Shown: positions 1 to 11,224, counted from the first letter of the whole stretch. The stretch is DNA of 59,139 bases, filler included, from Basidiobolus meristosporus CBS 931.73 (GCA_002104905.1; 4 parts of 4 records of this genome joined end to end with filler, not necessarily neighbours in it); one strand, 5' to 3'. Notes: generated by a model from the letters alone, not told the origin. Numbers and translations: made by a program.

Positions 1-125
1 GTAGTGTTAGTCTGACTTGGGGTAGTGCTGGGCGTGGTTGAGGCAGGGAGTGCCTGGACAGCCAGGCCCAAAAGGCCAGCAGCAGCGACAGTGACACCAG
101 CAAAGATAGAAGAGATCTTGACCAT
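1..125 (-). CDS. Secreted Ser/Thr/Pro-rich protein, 5' part only (runs off the window edge)
   Basis: Hand translation from ATG at 125: MVKISSIFAGVTVAAAGLLGLAVQA-LPASTTPSTTPSQTNT..., a typical signal peptide. Not in the ORF track because there is no stop in the window. Confidence 0.7.
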   Translation of the reverse strand, partial: MVKISSIFAGVTVAAAGLLGLAVQALPASTTPSTTPSQTNT

Positions 126-2990
126 ATTGGATTGTTGAGCTGTTATGAAGATGCTGGATCCTTGGCATGAGGCTCGTAATATATAGCCGAGGAAAGCTGA
201 GGAAAACCGAGGAAGGGCAGACCAATTACAAAGGATTCAAACTCTCTTACCATTTCAGGCCTAGAGTCTGTGGCCGAAACCAAATGGCGATTGGGATTCG
301 ATCGCTATCCTCGACAAGTGAAGGAATCTTGGGTAGGGGACTTCCACAACTTTCAATCCAATCAACTTGGATCTGCTCACCTTCTCAGATCGAGAGGGAT
401 TTCAAGGATCCTACCATATACGGAGAAAAGTCATCTTGTCGTAGATCGGCACTCTATTTCTAGATAGTGTCATGGTCGACCATTGCCATATTTAGGCAAT
501 GTATTTCTGTTACATGTGTTCATCTTTAGTGATCTACAGAATTTTGAGCGTGGAGAGGTATTTTGGTTTCTTCGATCCAAAGAATATTCTACGCTTGATA
601 GCTGTACTATTCGACATCGCCATATTGTTCACTCAGTGGTGGCTTACATGCTAAAGCATGTTTGTAACTTCATGACTGTAAGGACAGTAAGATCTTCATG
701 GATATGACCGTCGGTTGCCGAATCTTCACTGATGACGAAAAAGTTTTTGAAGATATTTTTAACCATTGTACGAATGAGAAAAAAGATTATACAAATTATC
801 TGAGATTCGTTGGTGTCTTTGATGGCTATCCCATGTTTTACTTCAATACTTCATACTATCACCACGGACAAAGTTCTGAATTTTAGTTAAACAGAGACAA
901 GGCAATATTGATTCTGTAAGAATAGTTAGCCAAGCTTGTTTCTGTTTGGTTTACTCTGTTGTGCTTGTCTTACCAACATGGTACTTGGCATTGAGTCCTC
1001 TATCAATACTGGGACAAGCAGCGTTCACATTGTTGTGGAATCTTATGTAATAAGAGTGTCTGGTAGCAGCTATTCACAAGTCATGCACACGCGATAGAGA
1101 TGTTGAGGAATGACGCTTAGGGTTAAACTCCATTTTAGTTTCAATTGGTAAATAGTAGTCAAGCGGTTAGAATGTACAAACTGTCCTTGCAGGGTTGTTG
1201 GAATGACAAACTTGACAGATCCTATGGTCCCGAAGGACATACGGACAGTGCACTACATCTCATAATTTATGCCTTTCCTAGGAGTAAAGAGCGGGAACAT
1301 TCTATATACATAATTCTTCAAAGTTCAGTCGTAACAACATCAAACTGTAGATGCACCAATTTCCAAGAGAAAAGGTGGGATAATTTTCACTCAGTAGCCA
1401 AATCCCCTAATGTTGTAGGAGATCTGCACGGCGCCCATTGGTATAATGTGCAATTGAACGAATCTCAACTCTTGGTACGGCGTGTGTGCGAAAGGAGTTG
1501 ACGGGTTTGCTGTGGATTGTATAGGCCCTGAAATGGGCACTCAGTGAATCCAGCCGGATATTATCGGGTGTGACATTCTCAAAACCTTGTTAAATGGGTG
1601 GTTAAGAAGGCAAGCCTTTGTCGTAATTTGACAAATACGGAGGCTGGTGTTACTTGTTTGCTGACATGGAATGTAATGATGTTGTCGTGCGAGGCTTTGG
1701 CTAGAACATCGATGCAAGTAAGATCCGTGGCAAGGCCATTTGGTATCTAAGGGTGAAAAATCTGCAGACTTTTTTATCTGTACTCACGGGAGCATTGCCG
1801 AAAATAAACATTCTATTCTAAAAGCAACCATCCACCCAATGATAGGTCTGGTCTCGTTTACTAATGACAAAGAGGATGCCCGCTATGCTCCAACCATTTG
1901 GTCCATGGAAAAGTTCAAATACAATACACGATTGAAGAAATAAAATTTGAATCTATTTGAATGCATGTAAAATTGTTATTTCAAGATAACCAACCAGTCC
2001 TGACAAGATTGGCCCATTAGTCTCGGGTAAATGTTTGTATCACATCAATCAGTAAACGGAGAGAAGTATATCTATTGTTCGATGTAACCTGCTATTTTAA
2101 TCACTGGATTTTCTACCCGACATTGCATTCTTCATCGCTATATCAAGTGCTTTGTGCCACCTTTGAATCCGAATGCGTGACACTAGTCGTTTAGTTCTCA
2201 GCATTGAGGTAAGATAGTATTCTTACTTTGGTGTGTCAATTTGAGTATGAAAATGGCGGCGTAAGAAAACTTCACATCACATGTGTAACATACGCATAAT
2301 TTTTCTCAGTTGGACATTGGCCTGAAATGCTCACTATCTTGCGCGATTGCAATTGCGATTCTCAGCGAATAGATTCAGGTATTGGATGTATTGAATGTAA
2401 CAATCCCAAGACTTAGGCACATGTTTAGACGCTTGGACATGGGTTGTAGATATGATACTTCTGGGCTGAAGTGTTGAACCAGAGCAACTGGTGGTTGAAA
2501 TAAACCTATAATATTCAAGCTATTCTATCAAAATATGTATGCGGTCGGGTGAAAAATCTTCGCTTGTTGTTATTGGATGAATACTAGTAAACAGCATTCA
2601 ACGCAATGCTGGATGATAAGAGAGTAAATCAAGTGTCCTCAACGTACTAGATAAAAACGTCTTAAGTCCTTACCTATAAAAAATCATCAAAAGTATTGCA
2701 TGAACCAATATTTCATTGAGATAATCAGCGGATACTTACTCATAGCGGCAGCCAATTAAAATGAAGTTCAAGTCTAGTGATTGACTAATTATTTTGCATG
2801 CCAAATACATTTTCCTATCACCTGTGATTGCTTGAAAGCGACTGATCCAGTAGCAGTCGATACGTTGGCCTTGAAGTTGGTAGCAATATGTGGTATGCTT
2901 TTTGATAAAATCATTATTCTTTATTCCAGAATTTCGTGTGTGCGAGCGTTTTAGTAACTTTTTATTTTGGAAGAAAGTGGATGATCGAAA

Positions 2991-3212
2991 TTAACAGTCC
3001 GAAAATTCTCCAAAGCCTTGGCAACATCTGTCAAACTTCTGGACCTTGCTAGATGAGCTCAACGAGCATTTAGACTTGGAGTAGCTTCCACCAGATGGGC
3101 CACAGCAGCTCTTTGTGTAGTCACTACCCCCGTAAGAGCAGCGACAGGTGGCAGCTTGAGCAACGGCAAGGAAAGAAACACCAAGAAAAAGACTGACGAG
3201 AGAGAATTTCAT
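2991..3212 (-). CDS. Small secreted cysteine-rich peptide (73 aa, 8 Cys)
   Basis: Signal peptide MKFSLVSLFLGVSFLAVAQA; mature part has the pattern CxC...CC...C...CC...C-stop. Confidence 0.85.
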   Translation of the reverse strand: MKFSLVSLFLGVSFLAVAQAATCRCSYGGSDYTKSCCGPSGGSYSKSKCSLSSSSKVQKFDRCCQGFGEFSDC

Positions 3213-3724
3213 CTAGAGCGCAAGTTAGTAGCGAAGTTGTGAAAAATGGTAACAAACAGTACCTTGAACGCAGTGGTCGACTGAAGTACTGATCTGTCTT
3301 CGCCAAGCTCGACTTTATATACACTATTTAGTGATTGAAATAGCAGTTTGTGTCACATTTCGGCAAAATTCAGCATGCAATACATTTATTATGTCATTTG
3401 CTTTATAACAGGCTGTTGTATATAAGCTTGAATGTATCTAGAAAAAGACAATGAATCGAAAGAATCATGCGTAACCCCGGTTAAATACCTACTGGAACTG
3501 AAATGCCAGTTATCAAATGCCGTGCCACTCACCAGTATTCCGGATATTTGCATAGGGTTAGAATTCCCTAATCCCGGTACGCCTTTCCCAAGAGCACAAA
3601 TTGGTGACCCGGCTTGAGTAATATGAGGATCCAATGCTGCAAGATTTTCGGATAAAGCAGCTACGATTTCCGTTCGAGAAGGTACAAATACCCATATTGA
3701 AGAGAATATTCGTTAAACATCGCA

Positions 3725-4955
3725 GCGAGAGTCGAGTCATCCTTCCTCTACTCCTCACTGCTACATCGGCAACCGCCAAGTCTTTCCCACTTAATGATCG
3801 CGTGAATTCTCGTGTCGGCCCAGCAATGAAATATGCTGTAGTAGGATCATTGTAAGCCGGAAGTAACGTGAATGTTGTATGTCAAGAAGCTTGTCAACCT
3901 ATTGGAGGATAAAACATTGGGATAAGCTCTAAGATGGTAAATGGGTCTTCGATAAGTATGTAGAGACTGGAACCAAATTTCTTGCCAGAATTCCCAAGTG
4001 CTCCCAGACCGGAAAAAGTGACGGCCGGAACACTTTCCCCATTAATGATGATGGTGTGAGGGTTCGATCAGGTCCTGGAACCAGCTTTTCTCAAGCAGGA
4101 ACCTTGAGAAAAGGTGTCCGGGTAACCATCCAATGTTAAGGAACCGGGGAGTCAGTTAATGGGTATAATGTCTGGGACAAACTCACCAGCGGTAACTGAG
4201 GATTCGACAAATATGTGGAGTCTGGAAGCAAATTCGTATCCGGAGTACCCAAATGCGATAATGGCGGTAGTAGCGGTGACAACGCCTTTCCTATCAGCAA
4301 CAATGGTGTACGCGTTCGCTTAGGCCCGGGAACTGGATACCCCCCAAGTCGGAACTCTCCGCAAAGGAGAAAAGTGACCATGCAGTGCCAAGGAACAAAT
4401 GAACCGGCCAAGTTAACCAACGGCAACTGGGTCTTTGATAAATATGTGGAGACCGGCGGTAAGTATGTGCCTGGGATCCCTAAGTGCAAAGGCGAGGGCA
4501 GCGGAAATGGTGGGTTTGATAATGAGTACATTAACCAAGCAGGATTGGATTCAGTGATGAGCTTTTAAGGCTGGTTCCCCAATTTCTGTATTGACTCTGT
4601 GGACATCAAAAATGTAGGCTACGGGTATGCCTGCCACCCTGACCTAACTGGTTGCGCCAACATTCATCCTCCTCTCAGTGTTGCACAAGGCGAAGATCTG
4701 CTTCGAAGAAACATGGCTGAGTTTGAGAGATGTGTCAGTGGTCTGATCTCGGTGCCTATCACCTCCAAGTGATTCTCAGCCTTGGTGCCAATTTCATTCA
4801 ATATGTACTGTGGCGCGCTTTGCAATTCTGATAGACGCAGGTTCATCAACCGAGGAAACAACAATTCAGCCGCAGCCGAATTCGGACTTTGGATCAGTGC
4901 TTGTGATCAATGCAATGACAGTTTACATAGAGATTGGCCCTTCACTGGCAAGTAA
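3725..4955 (+). pseudogene. Pseudogene of a secreted muramidase: three SH3-like cell-wall-binding repeats plus a C-terminal GH24 (phage-type) lysozyme
   Basis: Three repeats like VRVRSGPGTSFSQAGTLRKGVRVTIQC.G...VNG..VWDKL..G.WVFDKYVETG...IPKC. Then INQAGLDSVMSF*GWFPNFCIDSVDIKNVGYG...GEDLLRRNMAEFERCV...FSALV..SFNM.CGAL...FINRG...AAAEFGLW. Several in-frame stops (e.g. 3853, 3910, 4566) and frameshifts. Ends approximate. Confidence 0.85.
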
Positions 4956-5577
4956 ACAACATTGATGATTATACATTCGCCAAATGCCACATAATAAGCC
5001 CAATACAATACTGGGCTAGAGGCTCAGTGCAACAAACTGATCCAGGAGCGACATCGGGGGGAATGTTGATATCTACTATTCCATCAAAGCTAAGTTCAAC
5101 ATCCAGTCGCTCCTGCATTACAGCCTGTAGATGCATTTTTGGCTCTTTATTTCAAACAAAGCCATGTGAGTGCTGAATATTCTAAATGGTATAACGATGT
5201 ACCAAAGGGGACACTTGTTAACTTCCCAACATTACTCCTATACCATTGGTTCGGAGTAGATTACCTGATCTAACAAATGAAAGAGTGTACAACTGAAACA
5301 GCCAGATATGGAAAAGCCCTCGTAAAGATTCCCATTTTAATCCACCTTCGACTATAGGACATGAGCTAAGTGTGCTGATTCGACATTCTCATCATTCCAG
5401 GAGGTTTTCCCATGTTCCTCACCTTCCAGTACCAAAAGGTCTGGACCGAGAGTAAGTTCCGTGATGGAATCGATCCCAACAACTCCTTGGTAAAGTTACC
5501 ATAGAGCCCAAGGACATATGATATATAAATATCACAGCGCCCCCTCCCCATATCTAACCATACAGCACTCTACCGCA

Positions 5578-6048
5578 ATGAAGCTTCTATCTCTGATCGC
5601 AACTGTCTTCACATTCTCCGGGGTAGCCCTCGCCTTTGACCCGAACACACTCCTCGCACTCGTGAATCAGCAACGGGCCCTGGTCGGCGCTCCAGCTCTC
5701 ACTATCGACCCAAGACTCACCTTGGCTGCCGAACGACACACTCTGTATCAGGCCACCGTGCATGAAATGACTCATGACGAGCCCAACACAACCCTGGGCC
5801 AGAGAATCAGCGCCACAGGCTATCCCTGGAGCAACATTGGGGAGAATGTTGCAGCGGGGTATGGGGATGCAGTGTCGGTGATGAATGCCTGGATGAACTC
5901 GCCAGAGCATCGCCGCAACATATTGGATCCCATCTTCACCCAGACTGGCATTGCCTACGATCCACAAGGGAGCTACTGGACTCAGGACTTCGGCCGGCCT
6001 ATGATGATGCGCAAAAGGGCACCGAAATTTGTAGGAAGAAAGCAATGA
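5578..6048 (+). CDS. Secreted CAP/SCP domain protein of the bacterial (YkwD-like) type
   Basis: Signal peptide MKLLSLIATVFTFSGVALA; motifs LLALVNQQRA, LTLAAERH, MTHD, GENVAAG, WMNSPEHRRNIL, YWTQDFG; intronless. The start is the ATG at 5578, not 5518. Confidence 0.92.
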   Translation: MKLLSLIATVFTFSGVALAFDPNTLLALVNQQRALVGAPALTIDPRLTLAAERHTLYQATVHEMTHDEPNTTLGQRISATGYPWSNIGENVAAGYGDAVSVMNAWMNSPEHRRNILDPIFTQTGIAYDPQGSYWTQDFGRPMMMRKRAPKFVGRKQ

Positions 6049-6608
6049 AGTGAAACATCTATGTAATCCAATAGAAATGCATACCCATTAATACCCATTA
6101 ATACCCATCAAATACCCCACACCATTGAATAGAGCAGTACGATGATAAATAGAAATCAACCATTTAATAAATGGATGTGATCAGCAAGCACGAACTGTAG
6201 CTCTACTATATTGATGGCGCCTTTTGCCAGAGTAATATCATGCTAGCATTGCCTAAATCCAAATACTGAAGCTGATATGCTCACACATTCATACCTTTCG
6301 ACGACTCTTTGAATAGTAAATAGATCAAGGTACCTAATCTACGTGTCTTGAATGTCTTTCCGCCCTTCATTTGGAAAGCTTTGCAATGGCTAGTATGATA
6401 CACTCTAAACAATTGCTCTTGAATACCACACCCCAGTGCTGAGATCGTTTAAATAAATTTGTAAAACTTTCGAATTTAAAAATAAAATTTAAAAAAAACA
6501 AAATTTAAAAATAAAATTTAAAAAACAAAATTTAAAATTATATTTAAAAAGAAAATTTGTGAAAAGATTTTTAAAAAGGGATTAAAATTTTTATTTTAAT
6601 CATAGTGG

Positions 6609-7121
6609 TCACACATCAAAATTAAGAATGGGAAGTTCATAACAATACTTAGACCATGAACTGCTCATATAATACCAATAACACATTCCACTCCAAAGAT
6701 CAAAACAAAAGGCGCCATCACTAGTACAGACTTTTCCTAAGGCATCATACCACTCTTCTCGTTCATAGATATTGTGAGTAAGACCGTATTTGGCAGTGTT
6801 ACTATATCTATTGCGATCATTGTATACGTATCCTCCATAATTAAGACATGCTCTATACCCAGAAAAATTTTTGCATACACCTTGGGTTGCAAATGTAACC
6901 ATCCCAGTTGTTCTGGGTTTACGACGATCATCATTAACACTCCAAGCACCTCCATTACAGAAGAATGTTATATTTGGATTTTTATAATCTAAATCTTGAA
7001 GCTTAGCCAGATCTCTAAATTGCAATTCATCCATTCTAGTGCATTTAGAAGCACAATTAACGGATGATATTAACGCAATTAATAATGTAGAAAAAAGTAC
7101 CCAAAAATTTTTATATAACAT
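6609..7121 (-). CDS. Secreted cysteine-rich protein of unknown function
   Basis: Likely start ATG at 7121 (MLYKNFWVLFSTLLIALISSVNCA, signal peptide); 8 Cys in the mature part; intronless; AT-rich codon usage. Confidence 0.75.
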   Translation of the reverse strand: MLYKNFWVLFSTLLIALISSVNCASKCTRMDELQFRDLAKLQDLDYKNPNITFFCNGGAWSVNDDRRKPRTTGMVTFATQGVCKNFSGYRACLNYGGYVYNDRNRYSNTAKYGLTHNIYEREEWYDALGKVCTSDGAFCFDLWSGMCYWYYMSSSWSKYCYELPILNFDV

Positions 7122-7431
7122 GGTATATAATACAAAGAAAAATAAAAGGGTTGTACAATACAAAATTCACTAACATTATATAAAATATGTTATAAAGTTA
7201 CATATAAATTAATAGAAGTATATGAATTTAAATTGGCAACAGGGGGTGAAGGATAAAGGTAAATTAAAGAGGAAAATATTTTTGTTAAAAGTAAATGGGT
7301 AAAAATAATATATATATATTTTTTTAAGGTAAGATAGGTAAATGGGGTTTAAAATGTAGTAAAAGGAGAAAAATGTGGTAAAACTGCCTTATCCTAACTT
7401 TTCGAAAAACATGAGGTAGAAGGGTAAAAAC

Positions 7432-7626
7432 TACTAAAACCTAACTATCCGAAAACAATCAAAATGTGCGGTATAATGGGGAGAACTTGAGGGGTGGTAA
7501 AGAGAAATAAGAAAATGTGGTAAAAACTAGGAAAAGTGGTGTGTCAAAAATATGGTAAAAACTATTAAAACCTAACTATCCGAAAACAATCAAAATGTGC
7601 GGTATAAGGGGGAGAACTTGAGGGGG
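7432..7626. repeat. Two-copy direct repeat of about 65 bp (period about 130 bp)
   Basis: aaaacctaactatccgaaaacaatcaaaatgtgcggtataa-ggggagaacttgagggg at about 7436 and 7567. Confidence 0.85.
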
Positions 7627-7951
7627 GTAAATTCCCCGATTATTTTATATGGTAGTTTACATAGATGGATGGGTTGCGGTATGATATTATTATATATTCT
7701 ATACATACTGTCCCAATATTTTTTGGTGGCTTTGTGACTTTTTATCTACCTATTTTGTTATGATAACTAGATTATTTACAAACATATTTTTCCCAATCTT
7801 AAACCTTTTTTAAAAAACTTTATTCGAGTTTAAAAAGTTTGTTTTATGCAAAAGGAAAAATAATAAAAACCTACAGTGTATGCAAAAATTGTATTGTAAT
7901 AATAACATACGTGTATATTATTAATGTTATATAAACGACGGATTATATATT

Positions 7952-8386
7952 ATGAAATTTATATGGAATTACATTACACAATTTTTTTTGGATTATCTTC
8001 CGTTTAGTTTTTTTGGAATATATTTCATAATTATATTGGCAATTAATATTTGGTTTGAAAATATCCGTAATAACAACAAGCAACTTTTCGAAAACGTTTC
8101 AAGTGAACTTTATCAAGATACTATTTTTAATATGTTAAAAGATTTTTGCGAAGAACGAACTTTTACTAAGGATGTAAAATTTTTTGATAGACCATGTTTT
8201 AGAGTTTCCTTAACTCTAGTCGCAAAATATATGATCGCAAACTTTGGGAAAGATAATTGGAAAATTGTTGCCGAAGACTATTTAACCAAATCAGAGTTCA
8301 AACTTGATGTTATATCAGATGTTTTGGAACAAGTAGAACCCCAAATTAATTTACAAAATATTAAACTCGGGTGTAAAACCAATTAA
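7952..8386 (+). CDS. Hypothetical protein with an N-terminal transmembrane helix (144 aa)
   Basis: Open 144-codon ATG ORF in very AT-rich DNA; hydrophobic segment FSFFGIYFIIILAINIWF. Confidence 0.65.
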   Translation: MKFIWNYITQFFLDYLPFSFFGIYFIIILAINIWFENIRNNNKQLFENVSSELYQDTIFNMLKDFCEERTFTKDVKFFDRPCFRVSLTLVAKYMIANFGKDNWKIVAEDYLTKSEFKLDVISDVLEQVEPQINLQNIKLGCKTN

Positions 8387-8614
8387 CAACTTTAAACTGT
8401 TATTATTACATTAAAAAAGTTTGCATACGTTTATTTTTATCCAACCAAAATTTTGTTTAACCCAAATTTATTTTATCTAAAAGTTATCACTGCCAATATG
8501 TTTTATAGTTATTACATCTGTACAAACCACATTCCGACTTTTTTAAAAAACTTTTCTAACGTCTTAAGTTGTTGATCTTAGATTAATCATCTTGGAACAA
8601 CTTTGGGTTTAACC

Positions 8615-9272
8615 TGTTTTAGATCGTTGAGACTAAACTTTTTGGCTATTCAACTATGGTTGTTCAAGTTTAAACTAACATCTGATAATAACTTGAGACC
8701 AAACTTTTTGTTGGCTCTAAACAACTCTTAATGCAAACCTTTTTGGATCGTTGAGACTAAACTTTTTGGCTATTCAACTATGGTTGTTCAAGTTTAAACT
8801 AACATCTGATAATAACTTGAGACCAAACTTTTTGTTGGCTCTAAACAACTCTTAATGCAAACCTTTTTAGATCGTTGAGGTTAAACTTGTTAGATTGTTG
8901 AGACTAAACTTTTTAGATCGTTGAAACTAAACTTTTTAACTATTCAACTGTGGTTGTTCAAGTTGGTACTAATGTCAAACATTTGATGATAACTTGAAAC
9001 TAAACTTTTTGTTAGCTCCAAACAACTTTTAATGCGAACTTTTTTTAGATCGTTGAGGTTAAACTTTTTAACTATTCAACCATGGTTGTTCAAGTTTAAA
9101 CTAATGTCAAGCATTTGATGATAACCCAAAACTAAACTTTTTGTTAGCTCTAAACAACTTTTAATGCGAATTTTTTTAGATCGTTGAAGTTAAACTTTTT
9201 AACTATTCAACCATAATTGTTCAAGTTGGTACTAATGTCAAGCATTTGATGATAACCCAAAACTAAACTTTG
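8615..9272. repeat. Tandem array of about five 124-133 bp units with internal palindromes
   Basis: Units start with gatcgttga(g/a)(ac/gt)taaacttttt at about 8624, 8747, 8916, 9049 and 9179 (short unit at 8870). They contain caac(t/c)atggttg and often agtttaaact. Confidence 0.9.
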
Positions 9273-9579
9273 GTGAAAAAAAATATATTCTTCGTTGAGA
9301 TACTAGTTTGGTTTGTTTAAAGTTTAAATTGGTATATGATAAAACCAAATACAAACTAAACTTCTCGATGTCAGTTAGTACAAACAACTTGAAATACTGT
9401 AAAACTGTTTAACCAAAAAACTTTTTAAATAAAAAAAATGTTTATTGACTCCCCCTCGATGCGCTTTGTCTATATCTGTGATCAATCAGTTTATTCTTTG
9501 TACCAACAGTTTCGTTTATTTTTCATGTAATATATAAGTATCGTATTAAACCACAAATCAACCCACGAGTTAACTAACT

Positions 9580-10500
9580 ATGGAACTTGAATTTATTAGT
9601 TTCTTGTCTAGGCTCGAGCTTGACATTAATGTACAGTTTAACCAATGCATCTCAGATATTCGCAGTATCAAAGATGTCTTGTTGGATAGACTTAAGTCTC
9701 AAGCGCAACAACAACCACCAATTTGTAAATGTATGGCCATAATCAAAAATGGCATAAATAAAGGTCTTGAATGTGGCCGTAAAGCTAAACCAAATTCAAA
9801 CTATTGCGGATATCATATTTCAAATAATGCATGTACATCTATTCTACAATCTGGAATATCCCTATTAAATAATTTGCAATCTTATATTCATATCCTAAAT
9901 CAACCTTTGCAAGAAAAAACTACTTTGGATGATGAAAACAACAATGTACATAAAGTTAATTTGTCTGATAATAGCGCTGAAACTATATCCTCATCAGACA
10001 AACCAACTTTGAAAAAACCCATTTCTCTTCCCCACCATCTTAAACTTGGAGAAATAGTTTCATCACTTCAAAACCAAAACCCAGAAAAAAATATTTCTGT
10101 CGCCCAAGATTTGATATTTGGGGAAACGGTATTAACATATAGCACACCAATAGCAGGAATATATGGGTCGCAACTTGCAAAAGAAACTTCTCCTATCGTT
10201 GAATCAACGACTGTAGAAAAAATTTATGTGACCCATGAACCAATCGTAGAAGAAATAGTTTTACCTGCATATGCACCAACACTAGAAGAAACGTGTGACT
10301 CTAGTGATGGTTCAACAGTAGGCAAAAATGTATTCTATGATGATATGGATTCTAAATCAGCAACCATGGCCCATTTGGATAAAGTTGTAACGGATATTGT
10401 AGATATATATAATACATCAGATGGGGCAATATCGCTGATAAAAAATAATATAATCCCGTACTCATGGAATGCAATAAAAAACTATTATTTCGGTAAATAA
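9580..10500 (+). CDS. Hypothetical 306 aa protein with a CCCH-type zinc motif resembling large-DNA-virus DUF5763-like proteins
   Basis: Motif CKCMAIIKNGINKGLECGRKAKPNSNYCGYH. ORF read from the sequence; family assignment from memory only. Confidence 0.65.
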   Translation: MELEFISFLSRLELDINVQFNQCISDIRSIKDVLLDRLKSQAQQQPPICKCMAIIKNGINKGLECGRKAKPNSNYCGYHISNNACTSILQSGISLLNNLQSYIHILNQPLQEKTTLDDENNNVHKVNLSDNSAETISSSDKPTLKKPISLPHHLKLGEIVSSLQNQNPEKNISVAQDLIFGETVLTYSTPIAGIYGSQLAKETSPIVESTTVEKIYVTHEPIVEEIVLPAYAPTLEETCDSSDGSTVGKNVFYDDMDSKSATMAHLDKVVTDIVDIYNTSDGAISLIKNNIIPYSWNAIKNYYFGK

Positions 10501-10837
10501 CGGTTAACTTTGTGGATATCATTCCCAATAAAATAAAATTCTCGTAGGGCGTTCCCTGCCAAATTCGGACATTTTAATGTTGCGGTATTATGCGTATTTT
10601 TTGGGGGAAACATTTGTGAGTTTTTTTATTTAACAGTTTAGTTGTAAAAATTTCATAATTATTTTATAACTATTAAACGGTAAAAATATTATGCTTGCAA
10701 AATACTTTTCGATGCTCAACGTTTGTCCTATAGTTACTACAATAGCTATGGCATATCTGTTTTACAAACATTTACTCTTCGAGCTTGAAAACTATTTTTT
10801 TTTAGCTTGAAAAAAGTTTAAACCAAAAAATTCCCCA

Positions 10838-11010
10838 AACGACAAGAATCATGGTTTAAAAATTATTTTCCCAAAAAGTTTTCTAGACGACAATAATTAT
10901 GGTTTAACAAAATTTATTTCAAGCGACAGAAGTTATGGTTTTACAAAAAGTTTCCCAGACAACAATGGTCATGGTTTTAAAAAACTATTTTCTCAAAAGT
11001 TTTCTAGACG
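10838..11010. repeat. Degenerate short direct repeats
   Basis: About four copies of gaca...t(c/t)atggttt; aaaagttttctagacgac occurs twice. Confidence 0.6.
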
Positions 11011-11224
11011 ACTAACCCTCGTACTTAATTTAAATGTTAGATTTTGTTGAGATAACTAAAATTATATAATAAATAACTAAAATTTGGGTGTTAAAAACCG
11101 TTGTATATATAACAAAACAACTATTACTTGTGTCTGAACATATAAACTTCATAAAATTAATTATTGATGGCAACAATATCTTAACGTTTTTAATAATATC
11201 AAGAAAAATGGGTCTTTTAAAAAG

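Larger units (their letters stand above)
6445..11224. other. AT-rich, intronless, repeat-rich island of probable foreign origin (DNA virus, plasmid or large transposon)
   Basis: Abrupt switch to long A/T runs at about 6445 lasting to the contig end; three intronless ORFs; several families of local repeats. Confidence 0.6.

Noticed and set aside
430-1943. Short ORF fragments with protein-like stretches (e.g. DKYGGWCYLFADMEC; FFICTHGS, reminiscent of sucrase-ferredoxin)
   Set aside because: Interrupted by stops in all frames, and the rest of the ferredoxin motif is absent. Possibly a decayed gene, but I cannot assign it.
5587-6045. Antisense 152 aa ORF over the CAP gene (similarly 12041-12514 and antisense ORFs in gag-pol)
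   Set aside because: Shadow ORFs of real genes on the opposite strand.
6081-6110. ATACCCATTA x3 microrepeat after the CAP gene
   Set aside because: Short slippage repeat with no further structure.
8615-9272. CRISPR-like regular repeats
   Set aside because: Whole units are repeated, there are no unique spacers and no cas genes, and the context is eukaryotic.
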